Positions 39,825-50,869 of a DNA stretch of 64,000 nt are shown here, one piece after another. Every line of letters begins with the position of its first letter. The stretch's first letter is position 1. This stretch comes from Mobula hypostoma. Its lineage: Eukaryota. The translations under genes and the position numbers were made by a program. Below the pieces are notes generated by a model that worked only from the letters and a program-made list of their open reading frames with translations, was not told the origin of the DNA and searched no databases. Where the stretch lies: NCBI RefSeq assembly GCF_963921235.1, contig NC_086097.1, positions 76,944,001 through 77,008,000 on the forward strand. Reading direction: 5' to 3'.

Positions 39825-40082
39825 TACTCTGAAGAATTATTTATGGTCAGCAGTAACTTATTGGGAAGAATATCCTTGCTGTTACAGTGTAACTACAGTG
39901 CATTCAATAACTTTGAAAAATTGGATGTTTACTATGCTATCAACAGAAATCTAAATTCACACTATGAGAACTGTACTGAATGATCAATTATCCAATCCAA
40001 TTAACTAACACATAAGAATCCTTCAGTGTTTGTCAGTGGCATACTGTTCTAAACGAGATCTCATCTGCTTTTATTCCTGCAG

Positions 40083-40187
40083 GGCCCTTGCATTGGTAAC
40101 CAGCAGAGTCTTGCCCACAGCAGGCTCTGGGATGCAGTGATTGGTTTCCTGCATGTCTTTGCGAATATGCAAATGAAACTTTCACAG
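40083..40187 (+). CDS. RYR3: RYR3 exon ([35 protein letters not shown])
   Basis: cctgcag acceptor, gtatta donor, 105 nt, phase 0 to 0. Confidence 0.96.
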
Positions 40188-40809
40188 GTATTATCTACCA
40201 CTCGAGTACAGGTTTTTGCATCCATAATACTGTTTGAGGAAATAAATTTCACAGAGGCTCTAAATATCCTAGATTTGCTACTGAATGGCCTACTTTGTCC
40301 AGGACCATCTATCTGCCATTTTAAATATGAAACTGAGAGGTCCAGAATTGAACTGCATGTCCTACATTTAAAAGAAAAGGATATTGAAAAATACAACAAA
40401 GAGTGATGAAAATTGTTCTATGGTAAATGGCTTTGACATCAATATAAATTAAGGTATGCAGCTTGATGAAGAGGAATATATTCCACTTGTTGGAATTATA
40501 CTGAGCATTAAGTTGTTGGAGGTCAAACATTCCTGCAGCAATTACAGGAGAATCTTGTCTGTCCAACCATTTTCAGCAACTTATTAATGACTTTCTTTCC
40601 AACACAAAGAACATAGAGTTAAATAAAGGTATATTTGATGATGATTGCTCAGTGTTCATTTCCATAAACTGCTTTGAAAAGCAACTGGAATAATGGAAAT
40701 CGAGGACATGCAGGCATGGGTTCCTAAGTGGAAAGAAAGACTTGTGCCATACAAACCACAGAAAACAGCCTCCTCTTGTTCAGTATCAGAATCAGATTTA
40801 TTATCACTA

Positions 40810-43800
40810 CAACAACACACATCAAAGTTGCTGGTGAACGCAGCAGGCCAAGCAGCATCTGTAGGAAGAGGTGCAGTCGACGTTTCAGGCCGAGACCCTT
40901 TGTCAGGACTAACTGAAGGAAGAGTGAGTAAGGGACTTGAAAGTTGGAGGGGGAGGGGGAGATCCAAAATGATAGGAGAAGACAGGAGGGGGAGGGATAG
41001 AGCCGAGAGCTGGACAGGTGATAGGCAAAAGGGGATACGAGAGGATCATGGGACAGGAGGTCCGGGAAGAAAGACAAGGGGGGGGGGACCCAGAGGATGG
41101 GCAAGAGGTATATTCAGAGGGACAGAGGGAGAAAAGGGAGAGTGAGAGAAAGAATGTGTGCATAAAAATAAGTAACAGATGGGGTACGAGGGGGAGGTGG
41201 GGCCTAGCGGAAGTTAGAGAAGTCGATGTTCATGCCATCAGGTTGGAGGCTACCCAGACGGAATATAAGGTGTTGTTCCTCCAACCTGAGTGTGGCTTCA
41301 TCTTTACAGTAGAGGAGGCCGTGGATAGACATGTCAGAATGGGAATGGGATGTGGAATTAAAATGTGTGGCCACTGGGAGATCCTGCTTTCTCTGGCGGA
41401 CAGAGCGTAGATGTTCAGCAAAGCGGTCTCCCAGTCTGCGTCGGGTCTCGCCAATATATAAAAGGCCACATCGGGAGCACCGGACGCAGTATATCACCCC
41501 AGTCGACTCACAGGTGAAGTGTTGCCTCACCCGGAAGGACTGTTTGGGGCCCTGAATGGTGGTAAGGGAGGAAGTGTAAGGGCATGTGTAGCACTTGTTC
41601 CGCTTACACGGATAAGTGCCAGGAGGGAGATCAGTGGGGAGGGATGGGGGGGGATGAATGGACAAGGGATGCGTAGGGAGCGATCCCTGCGGAATGCAGA
41701 GAGAGGGGGGAGGGAAAGATGTGCTTAGTGGTGGGATCCCGTTGGAGGTGGCGGAAGTTACGGAGAATAATACGTTGGACCCGGAGGCTGGTGGGGTGGT
41801 AGGTGAGGACCAGGGGAACCCTATTCCTAGTGGGGTGGCGGGAGGATGGAGTGACAGCAGATGTACATGAAATGGGGGAGATGCGTTTAAGAACAGAGTT
41901 GATAGTGGAGGAAGGGAAGCCCCTTTCTTTAAAAAAGGAAGACATCTTCCTCGTCCTAGAATGAAAAGCCTCATCCTGAGAGCAGATGCGGCGGAGACGG
42001 AGGAATTGCGAGAAGGGGATGGCGTTTTTGCAAGAGACAGGGTGAGAAGAGGAATAGTCCAGATAGCTGTGAGAGTCAGTAGGCTTATAGTAGACATCAG
42101 TGGATAAGCTGTCTCCAGAGACAGAGACAGAAAGATCTAGAAAGGGGAGGGAGATGTCGGAAATGGACCAGGTAAACTTGAGGGCAGGGTGAAAGTTGGA
42201 GGCAAAGTTAATAAAGTGAACGAGTTCTGCATGCGTGCAGGAAGCAGCGCCAATGCAGTCGTCGATGGAGTTTGGAGGAAGTGGGAGGAGCCAAAGGAGA
42301 AATTACTAAGAGTAAGGACTAATTCCGCTAGACGGAGCAGAGTGGTGGTAGAGGGGAACTGATTAGGTCTGTATTCCACTTCCTCCAAACTCAAGGTGTA
42401 GCTATGGGCACCCGTATGGGTCCTAGCTATGCCTGCCTTTTTGTTGGGTTTGTGGAACAATCTATGTTCTGTGCCTATTCTGGTATCTGTCCCCCACTTT
42501 TCCTTCGCTACATCGACGGTTGCATTGGCGCTGCTTCCTGCATGCATGCAGAACTCGTTGACTTTATTAACTTTGCCTCCAACTTTCACCCTGCCCTCAA
42601 GTTTACCTAGTCCATTTCCGACATCTTCCTCCCCTTTCCAGATCTTTCTGTCTCTGTCTCTGGAGACAGCTTATCCACTGATGTCTACTATAAGCCTACT
42701 GACTCTCACAGCTATCTGGAATATTCCTCTTCTCACCCTGTCTCTTGCAAAAACGCCATCCCCTTCTCGCAATTCCTCCGTCTCCGCCGCATCTGCTCTC
42801 AGGATGAGGCTTTTCATTCTAGGACGAGGGAGATGTCTTCCTTTTTTAAAGAAAGGGGCTTCCCTTTCTCCACTATCAACTCTGCTCTTAAACGCATCTC
42901 CCCCATTTCACGTACATCTGCTCTCACTGCATCCTCCCGCCACCCCACTAGGAATAGGGTTCCCCTGGTCCTCACCTACCACCCCACCAGCCTCCAGGTC
43001 CAACATATTATTCTCCGTAACTTCCGCCACCTCCAACGGGATCCCACCACTAAGCACATCTTTCCCTCCCCCCCTCTCTCTGCATTCCGCAGGGATCACT
43101 CCCTACACAAAACCCTTGTCCATTCGTCCCCCCCATCCCTCCCCACTGATCTCCCTCCTGGCACTTATCCGTGTAAGCGGAACAAGTGCCACACATGCCC
43201 TTACACTTCCTCCCCTACCACCATTCAGGGTCCCAAACAGTCCTTCCAGCTGAGGCATCACTTCACCTGTGAGTCGACTGGGGTGATATACTGCGTCCGG
43301 TGCTCCCGATGTGTCCTTTTATATATTGGCGAGACCCGACGCAGACTGGGAGACCACTTTGCTGAACATCTATGCTCTGTCCGCCAGAGAAAGCAGGATC
43401 TCCCAGTGGCCACACATTTTAATTCCACATCCCATTCCCATTCTGACATGTCTAACCACGGCCTCCTCTACTGTAAAGGTGAAGCCACACTCAGGTTGGA
43501 GGAACAACACCTTATATTCCGTCTGGGTAGCCTCCAACCTGATGGCATGAACATCGACTTCTCTAACTTCCGCTAGGCTCCACCTCCCCCCATACCCCAT
43601 CTGTTACTTATTTTTATGCACACATTCTTCCTCTCACTCTCCTTTTTCTCCCTCTGTCCCTCTGAATATACCTCTTGCCCATCCTCTGGGTCCCCCCCCA
43701 CCTTGTCTTTCTTCTCGGACCTCCTGTCCCATGATCCTCTCGTATCCCCTTTTGCCTATCACCTGTCCAGCTCTTGGCTCCATCCCTCCCCCTCCTGTCT

Positions 43801-44000
43801 TCTCCTATCATTTTGGATCTCCCCCTCCCCCTCCATCTTTCAAATCCCTTACTCACTCTTCCTTCAGTTAGTCCTGACAAAGGGTCTCGGCCTGAAACGT
43901 CGACTGCACCTCTTCCTACAGATGCTGCTTGGCCTGCTGCGTTCACCAGCAACTTTGATGTGTGTTGCTTGAATTTCCAGCATCTGCAGAATTCCTGTTG
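40810..44000. mobile_element. 3.2-kb head-to-head inverted Penelope (Poseidon-type) insertion; both arms carry RT C-terminal half, GIY-YIG endonuclease and pLTR
   Basis: Minus arm 42373 to 40810, plus arm about 42375 to 44000. RT motifs QGVAMGTRMGPSYA, YIDD/YIDG and VYYKPTD; GIY-YIG GVIYCVRCSRC.LLYIGETRRRL..RF.EH. TSD TTATTATCACTA at 40798-40809 and 44001-44012. Confidence 0.93.
43870..43905 (+). ncRNA. Minimal hammerhead motif with G8A core change (mirror copy at 40875-40910, minus strand)
   Basis: AGTC-CTGACAA-AGGGTCTCGGCCT-GAAAC-GTC-GACT; perfect stem I, but CTGACAA instead of CTGANGA. Confidence 0.55.
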
Positions 44001-45127
44001 TTATTATCACTAATTTACGTGATGTGAAATTCTGTTGTTCTGCAGCAGCAATACAGTTCAGAGACATAAAAAATAGTGTAACAAAAGGAGTAACAACCTA
44101 ATGTTCATAGATTCATAGATCATTCAAAAATCTGATGTTAGAGGGGAAGAGTTTGTTTCTAGATCATTGATGTGGGTCACCAGGATTCTGATGGTGGTAG
44201 TAAGAATAAGGCATGTCCTTGATGGAGAGGGTCTTTAGTGACAGATGCAGCCTTTTTAGGGCACCATGACTGGACAATGTCCTTGTGATGGACGTTGGGT
44301 AAGCACTGCTCTATACTTTAAACCATATAGCTCTTTACATAGCTTGGCATTATATTTTATTTGATATTTCTCCTGTGAAAGACCCTCAGGTGTATTGCTA
44401 TAATAAATGTGCCATTACAGTATAAGTTTTTATAAATGCAGCTCCGCAAGTTGCACTAGTCCACAATCACTTCTGTAAAAATTCCAGTCTCATTTCCTAC
44501 CTCTTAAATGTACTTAATATGCATCTTTAGTAACTACAAACTAAACTCACAGGAGTAAAATGTCTTTTTTCTTTCTAGATCTGCTTGCTCAGATCCAAGA
44601 TACTCCATTTTTCTCAGTTAAAATATCATCATCATCACCACACGATTTTAGTAACTTGCTTTGCAAAATTTTAAAAAACCCAATCATGCAAAGATATATC
44701 TAATAAATGGCAAATGCCCTAAATGAAGTCAGTTATTCTAACCATAATGCTATACAGTATTTAGATATTCTAATTTCATAAATGCAAACAATGTAGAGGT
44801 GCAGTTGTTGAATGAAACACAATATAATTTGAGCTTAAACTTGTTTTTATTTTTGGAACATTTCAGAGGTATGTCACCAGTTCTTATTTGCACTTATCAA
44901 AATAGGTTTTTTTAATTAACACAGGTTAAGAGATACATCTACTTCTGATCTCTGAACCCAAGTCAATAATAAAAATGAAGTCTGCATATCCAAAAATGTA
45001 CTGACATTTGTTACTAACTTTTTACTCACCACTATCTTACTGTGGACCAGTGAACAGAAGGGCTTGGTTAGTAGTTTTTGTAGTTTCAATCAGTTAAAAC
45101 CAAAATATTCAAGCTCCAGGAAAGTAG

Positions 45128-47160
45128 ACCATAACACCATAAGACATAGGAGCGGAATTTGGCTAGGTGTCTTATCTACCTTCAGACCTTTCCACTCCCA
45201 AGCTCCTTTTCCTAGTAACAGCAACTGCACATCAGTCCCTCGTCAGTCTTGACTTCAGGCATACTGCTAGCATCTTCCAGAGTGAACAATGATGCAAATT
45301 ACTTATTCAGTTCATCCACCATTTCCATGTCCGCCATTACTACCTCTGCAGCATTATTTTCTGGTGGTCCGAAATCCATTCTCGCCTCTCTTTTACTCAT
45401 TATCCTCTTTGATATTATTGGCCAGCTTATCTTCATATTTCATCTTCTTCCTTCATTATGGCTTTATTTGTTGATTTTTGAACGCTTCCCAATCCTTTAA
45501 TTTCTCACCAATTTTTTTGCTCTATTATATGTCCTCTCTTTTGCTTTTATGTTGGCTTTGACTTGCCTTGCCAGCCACAGTTGTGTCATCCAGTCTTTAG
45601 AATACTACTTTTTTCTTTGGGATGTATCTATCCTGTGCCCTCCAAATTGCTCCCACAAATTCCAGCAGTTGTTGCTCTGCTGGTGTCCCCTTCCAATTAA
45701 CTTTGGCCAGCTTCTCTCTCATACCTCTGTAATTCCCTAATTCATTATGCTTTAGTTTCTCCATCTCAAATTGCAGGGTGAATTCTATCATATTATGATC
45801 ACTAACTCCTAAGGGTTCTCCTACCTTAAGTTCCCTAATCAAATCCAGTTCATTACACAACAGCCAATCTAGAATAATAGCTAACCCCCCCAGTGGGCTC
45901 ATCCACAAACTGCTCTAGAAGTCCATTTTGTTGGCATTGTATAAATTTTCTCTTTTGGAATCTAAAATCAGGACTAACCTGATTTTCCTAATTTACCTGC
46001 AAATTTAAATTCCCATGACTATTATATCATTGCCCCTTTGACAAGTATTTTCAATCTCTCATTGTAATTTGTACCCCATATCCTGGCTGCTGTCTGGAGG
46101 CCAATGTATAATTCCAATCTGAGTCTTTTTACCCTTGAAATTCCAGAACTCTGCCCACAATGACTCTGCATCTTCTGATCCTATGTCACCTCTTTCTAAG
46201 GATTTGATTTCATCTTTTACCAATAGAGCCATGCCATCCCCCCCCCCCCACCCCCACCAACCTGCCTATCCTTTCAACACAATGTTTATTCTTGGTTGTT
46301 AAGCTCCTGACTATAATTTTCTTTCACAATGATAATGCCCACAGTGTCATACCTGTAAATCTCTAACTGTGCTACAAGATCATCTACCTTTTTCCATCTA
46401 CTGCGGGCATTCAGATGTAACATCTTCATCACCCTTTTCAAATTTGTCCCCCTGCTACACTGCAACTCATCCAATTGACCGCAATTTTGCCCTATCATCT
46501 ACCTGTCCTTCCTGGCAGTCTCACTACACACTGTCTCTGCTTGTAAACCGACAGCTCTATTCACAGCCCTATCACTCCAGTTCCCACCCCTCTGCCAAAG
46601 TAGTTTAAACCCTCCCCAAAAGTTCTATCAAACCTGCCCACAAGGATATTGATCTCCCTCAGGTTCAGCTGTAACATATCCATTTTGTATAAGTGATACT
46701 TTCCATGTAAGAGAGTTCAATGATCTAGAAATCTGAAATGCTGCCTCCTGCACCAGTTCTTCAGCCATGCATTCTTCAGCCAAATCATCCTATTCTTGCC
46801 CTCACTGGTGCACAGCACAGGCAGCAGTCTAGAGAATACTATCCTGGAGGTCCTGATTTTCAACTTTCTACCTAACTCCTGAACTTCTCTCTGCAGAACC
46901 TCCTCCCATTCTCTATCTATGTCATTAGTGCTAATATGAACCCAAGACTTCTGGCTGGTCCTCACCTCCTTTAGAATGTTGTGGACCCAGTTGGAGATAT
47001 CCCTGACACTTAGGTGTCTCTTCCACATCCACAGAGTCTGCTTTCTGCTCCTCTGATTATGGGGTCCCCTGTCACTACTACTCTTCTCTCCCTTCCCTTC
47101 TGAGCCACAGCATCAGACCCAGTGCCAGCGACGTGGTCACTGTGGCTTCCCCTTGCTAGT
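45128..47160 (-). mobile_element. CR1 LINE with large internal deletions, including ORF1 esterase remnant
   Basis: 3' end ACCATAAGACATAGGAGC; APE remnants (LDWLLCNE, SDHNMIEF, NARS); ORF1 remnant 46717..47028 (VHISTND...LLPV...NAWLKNWC...FRFLDH). Confidence 0.85.
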
Positions 47161-47661
47161 ACTCTAGAAACAGTTTATCATTTCTGATTGAAAAAGGCAG
47201 AGTGGTTGAGACTGGTAAGTCTGTCCTTTGGGGAAACGGGAATTTTAAGTCTTCCTCTCATCTCTTCTCTCCATTTAATCTTTGAAGCCCTTGGGTTGAC
47301 AGAGCCATGGATTTGAACAAAATTCAATTACTTAAGAATAGCAAGTTAAGAGAAGCTTCCAGTTTAGCACCGAGATTAATTCCTACTTAAAATGGTAGTT
47401 TAAAAGGAGAAGTTTACACATCTATATATATTTCTTTTCCAAAATAGCAACTGTCAAGATTGGTTTGACTTCTCTTGCTGAAAATATTTACAATGACAGT
47501 TTTTAACATAATCTTCATCAAGGGCTTCAGTATTTGTATATGTTAAATTACAATAATACTGAAATACTTTGATAGATTTTGGATCCCAAGCTATTCTTGG
47601 GATCCCTCACTTGGCCTCTATAAGTGACAATTCAAATTACTAAATATAACAAAATAGCTGA

Positions 47662-47814
<153 letters not shown>

Positions 47815-48329
47815 TAATATTTTTTACATGCTGAGAAGCTTTAGAAGATTAATCGGAATCTGGTCTAAAAATGGCAACATGTTTAGCTAATGATGTAAAC
47901 ATTTCCATCTATCAAAGTAAATTTTTTCAGACATTTTTATCAGATTTTTTTTACCAGTAATAAAAGTTTTGTTCCATTAGTAAAGAACTGTTCTGCAAGA
48001 TTTCAAATGCTACATTGGATTTAATGGTTAATAATATTGCTTTGATGGTTTATCCTGATTGCATCTTACTTCCTGCTCACTCACTTTAAGTGAGTGTCAT
48101 CTTTGCTTTTGCAACATAAGCTGAGGCAAATTGTTTACTACTTTTTTGTCATTGTTTGAAGATATCAAACATCTTTTGTTAAGTAAATCAGTTAGGAAAA
48201 TTGGATTGTTTTTGTTGAAATAAGTTGCATCATTATTATGGAAATTATTTTATATCATTGCTTAGGAAATTGTATTTTTGAATACATTCTTTGTGTTTAA
48301 TTAGAATTAATATTCTCTTTTAATCTTAG

Positions 48330-49633
48330 GGAATGTCGTAAATGGAACTATAGGTAAACAAATGGTAGACACATTGGTTGAGTCTTCCAGCAATGTGGAG
48401 ATGATACTCAAGTTCTTCGATATGTTTCTTAAATTAAAGGATATAACCACTTCTGATACCTTCAAAGATTTTGATCCAGATGGTAAAGGAATGATTTCAA
48501 AGAAAGAATTCCAAAAGGCTTTGGAAAGTCAGAAGAAATATGCACAGTCAGAAATAGAATTCTTACTATCTTGTGTTGAAGCAGATGAAAATGATTTGTT
48601 TAATTATATGGAATTTATTGACCGCTTTCATGAACCAGCCAAGGATATCGGGTTCAATGTTGCTGTATTACTGACCAATCTATCGGAACACATGCCTAAT
48701 GATATCCGTCTGAAGACATTCTTGCTACCAGCACAAAGTGTCCTCACATACTTTGAGCCCTATTTAGGACGCATTGAAATCATGGGTGCAGCAAAACGCA
48801 TAGAAAGAGTCTACTTTGAAATCAGCGAATCAAGTCGGACACAGTGGGAGAAACCTCAGGTCAAGGAATCCAAAAGGCAGTTCATCTTTGATGTTGTGAA
48901 TGAAGGCGGAGAATCTGAAAAAATGGAACTCTTTGTGAATTTTTGTGAGGACACCATATTTGAAATGCAGTTAGCATCTGAAATCTCTGAGCCAGATGCA
49001 GCTGAAAGAGCTGATGATGATGAAGAAGAGCCTCCTCCAATTGAAGAGGAGGAGGAAGTGGCTCAGCCCTCAAATGCATTTGCGTCAGCTTGTCATGATT
49101 TCAAAGGTGCTCTCCTGAAGTTTTTTGGGATATTCACATTTAGAAATATCAGAAGGCAGTTTAAGAAAATTAAGAGGATGACAACCAAGGAGTTATTGAT
49201 GGCATTTTTCTCCTTCTTCTGGATGTTGTTTATTGGCCTTGTTTTCTTCATCTTCAACATAGTACAAGGATTTTTCCAGATCGTGTGGAATGCCATGTTT
49301 GGGGGTGGACTAGTAGAAGGTGCTAAGAGCATCACGGTCACAGACCTTTTAGCTAGCATGCCGGATCCAACACAACTTGAAATTCATGGAGATGTGAGTG
49401 AGTCAAAAAGGGCAGAAACTCCAGAGACGGGAGTTGTTACAGAGCTTCAGTCTACAGCGCAAGATGAAAAAAGTGAAACTGAGATGATGCCTGATATATT
49501 TGGCATAAATGTGAAAAAAGTAGGCAAGGCAGGAGGTGACACACATGGAGGTCTTGGTGATGTCTCAGAAATTATGGGAACAGAAAGCCCCCCTAGTTTT
49601 GAAAAGGCAGTATCTCAAAAAAAGAAAGCAGAG
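48330..49633 (+). CDS. RYR3: RYR3 large exon (1304 nt): EF-hand pair, U-motif/thumb-forefinger region and start of divergent region 1
   Basis: cttag acceptor, gttagt donor, phase 1 to 0. Contains ORF 48362..49663 minus its intronic tail. EF1 [17 protein letters not shown]2 [13 protein letters not shown], also [17 protein letters not shown] and [10 protein letters not shown]. Confidence 0.96.
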
Positions 49634-49739
49634 GTTAGTTTTAAGCACATATTCTGTTTTTAAAAACATCACTTTAATGTTTTGATTTTCATGAAGCTCA
49701 TGGTCTTTTTTTTAATTGTCCATTGAACCAAATCTCAAG

Positions 49740-49789
49740 ATTGAACAGAAGAATAAAGCTGAGAGTAAAACTGAGTCTGAGAAGGCCGA
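49740..49789 (+). CDS. RYR3: RYR3 exon (IEQKNKAESKTESEKA-D); acceptor may instead be 49749
   Basis: gtaagt donor at 49790, phase 0 to 2; completes ESEKAD with the next exon. Two in-frame AGs, 9 nt apart. Confidence 0.85.
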
Positions 49790-49894
49790 GTAAGTATTTT
49801 TACCCACCATGTTGTTGAGAAGAACTTACATTAAAATTGTGAGTCAGTGCTCTGTAAATAATTTCTGTTTTCTGGCGTGTTGCTGCCTTGGTAG

Positions 49895-50063
49895 CGTGGA
49901 GGATGGCGAGAAGAAGGACAAAGCCAAAGAAGAACAACTAGTTGAAAGTGAAGAAAAAGAACAGAAGATAAAGAAGAGGCGACGTGGGCAGGCTAAGAAA
50001 GAACCAGAGGCATTCTTGGCTAACTTCTGGGAGGGACTGGAAATTTACCAAACCAAGATTCTG
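49895..50063 (+). CDS. RYR3: RYR3 exon (D-VEDGEKKDKAKEEQ...EPEAFLANFWEGLEIYQTKIL)
   Basis: gtag acceptor, gtaagt donor, 169 nt, phase 2 to 0. Confidence 0.93.
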
Positions 50064-50869
50064 GTAAGTGGCTTGGTTTCCAAGTTACATTTTGCATTTG
50101 GTGTTCAAATTATAAATTGCATTAAGTTTGTTTTGGGGTTCATTCTTAACCTCCTCTCTACTTCAGTTACAAAGCCATGATATGAAAGGATTGGATGGTC
50201 TGATATTCCTCAAATTATTTTGGTATGTGTTGATTTGTAGTTTAATGTCTTGTAGGATGAAGAAGTCTGTAATATCATCGTAATGACCCAAACACCACTA
50301 TACCAATTACCTCTTCATCTCCCATCATAAACTTGACCTCGTTCCCAGTCTCTGCTATCTATATAGCAGGACTTGTAAAGTCCCATTGATCCATCAGACT
50401 GTGCTTTCTGTATTACATCCGCGTCCAGTTTCTTAACACCTTCAATGGCAATTTGCTTATTCATGTAATTAAATTTCTTCATGATCTTACCTTTTTACCC
50501 TCTCTTTTTGGAGTCCTACAACCTTTGGACATCCAGATCTTTGTTTAGCTCCAATGGTCTTTTATCCATTATACAGGGTATTTGTTCCACTGTCAGCAAG
50601 CTAATCCTTATCTCTTTGAGCTCTGCACTCTGAAATTCCCTTCCCCAACTGCTGTTTTTCATATTCTTTCTCCCTGGGGTACTCCCAACTAAGCATTTTC
50701 CTCACTCCTCAAAATATTTCCTCTTTTGTCTCAGAATGTGGAACATGGACCAAAAACTGCTGGAAAAAACTCAACATATCAGGCTGGATCAGTGGAGGGA
50801 GAAACACAGTTAGTTTCTTGGTCTGTGATTTTTGTCAGAGTGGTGTCGCAATAATATGCTACAACATGG

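Larger units (their letters stand above)
40780..44300 (-). mobile_element. Rex1/Babar-like 3' fragment, host of the large Penelope palindrome
   Basis: TCAGTATCAGAATCAG tail left of the insertion; right of it the sequence is collinear with 27260-27320 and 28030-28230. Confidence 0.7.

Noticed and set aside
48362..49663. 433-aa ORF as a stand-alone gene
   Set aside because: It is the large internal RYR3 exon. The true bounds are 48330-49633, and the last residues (VSFKHIFCF) are intronic.
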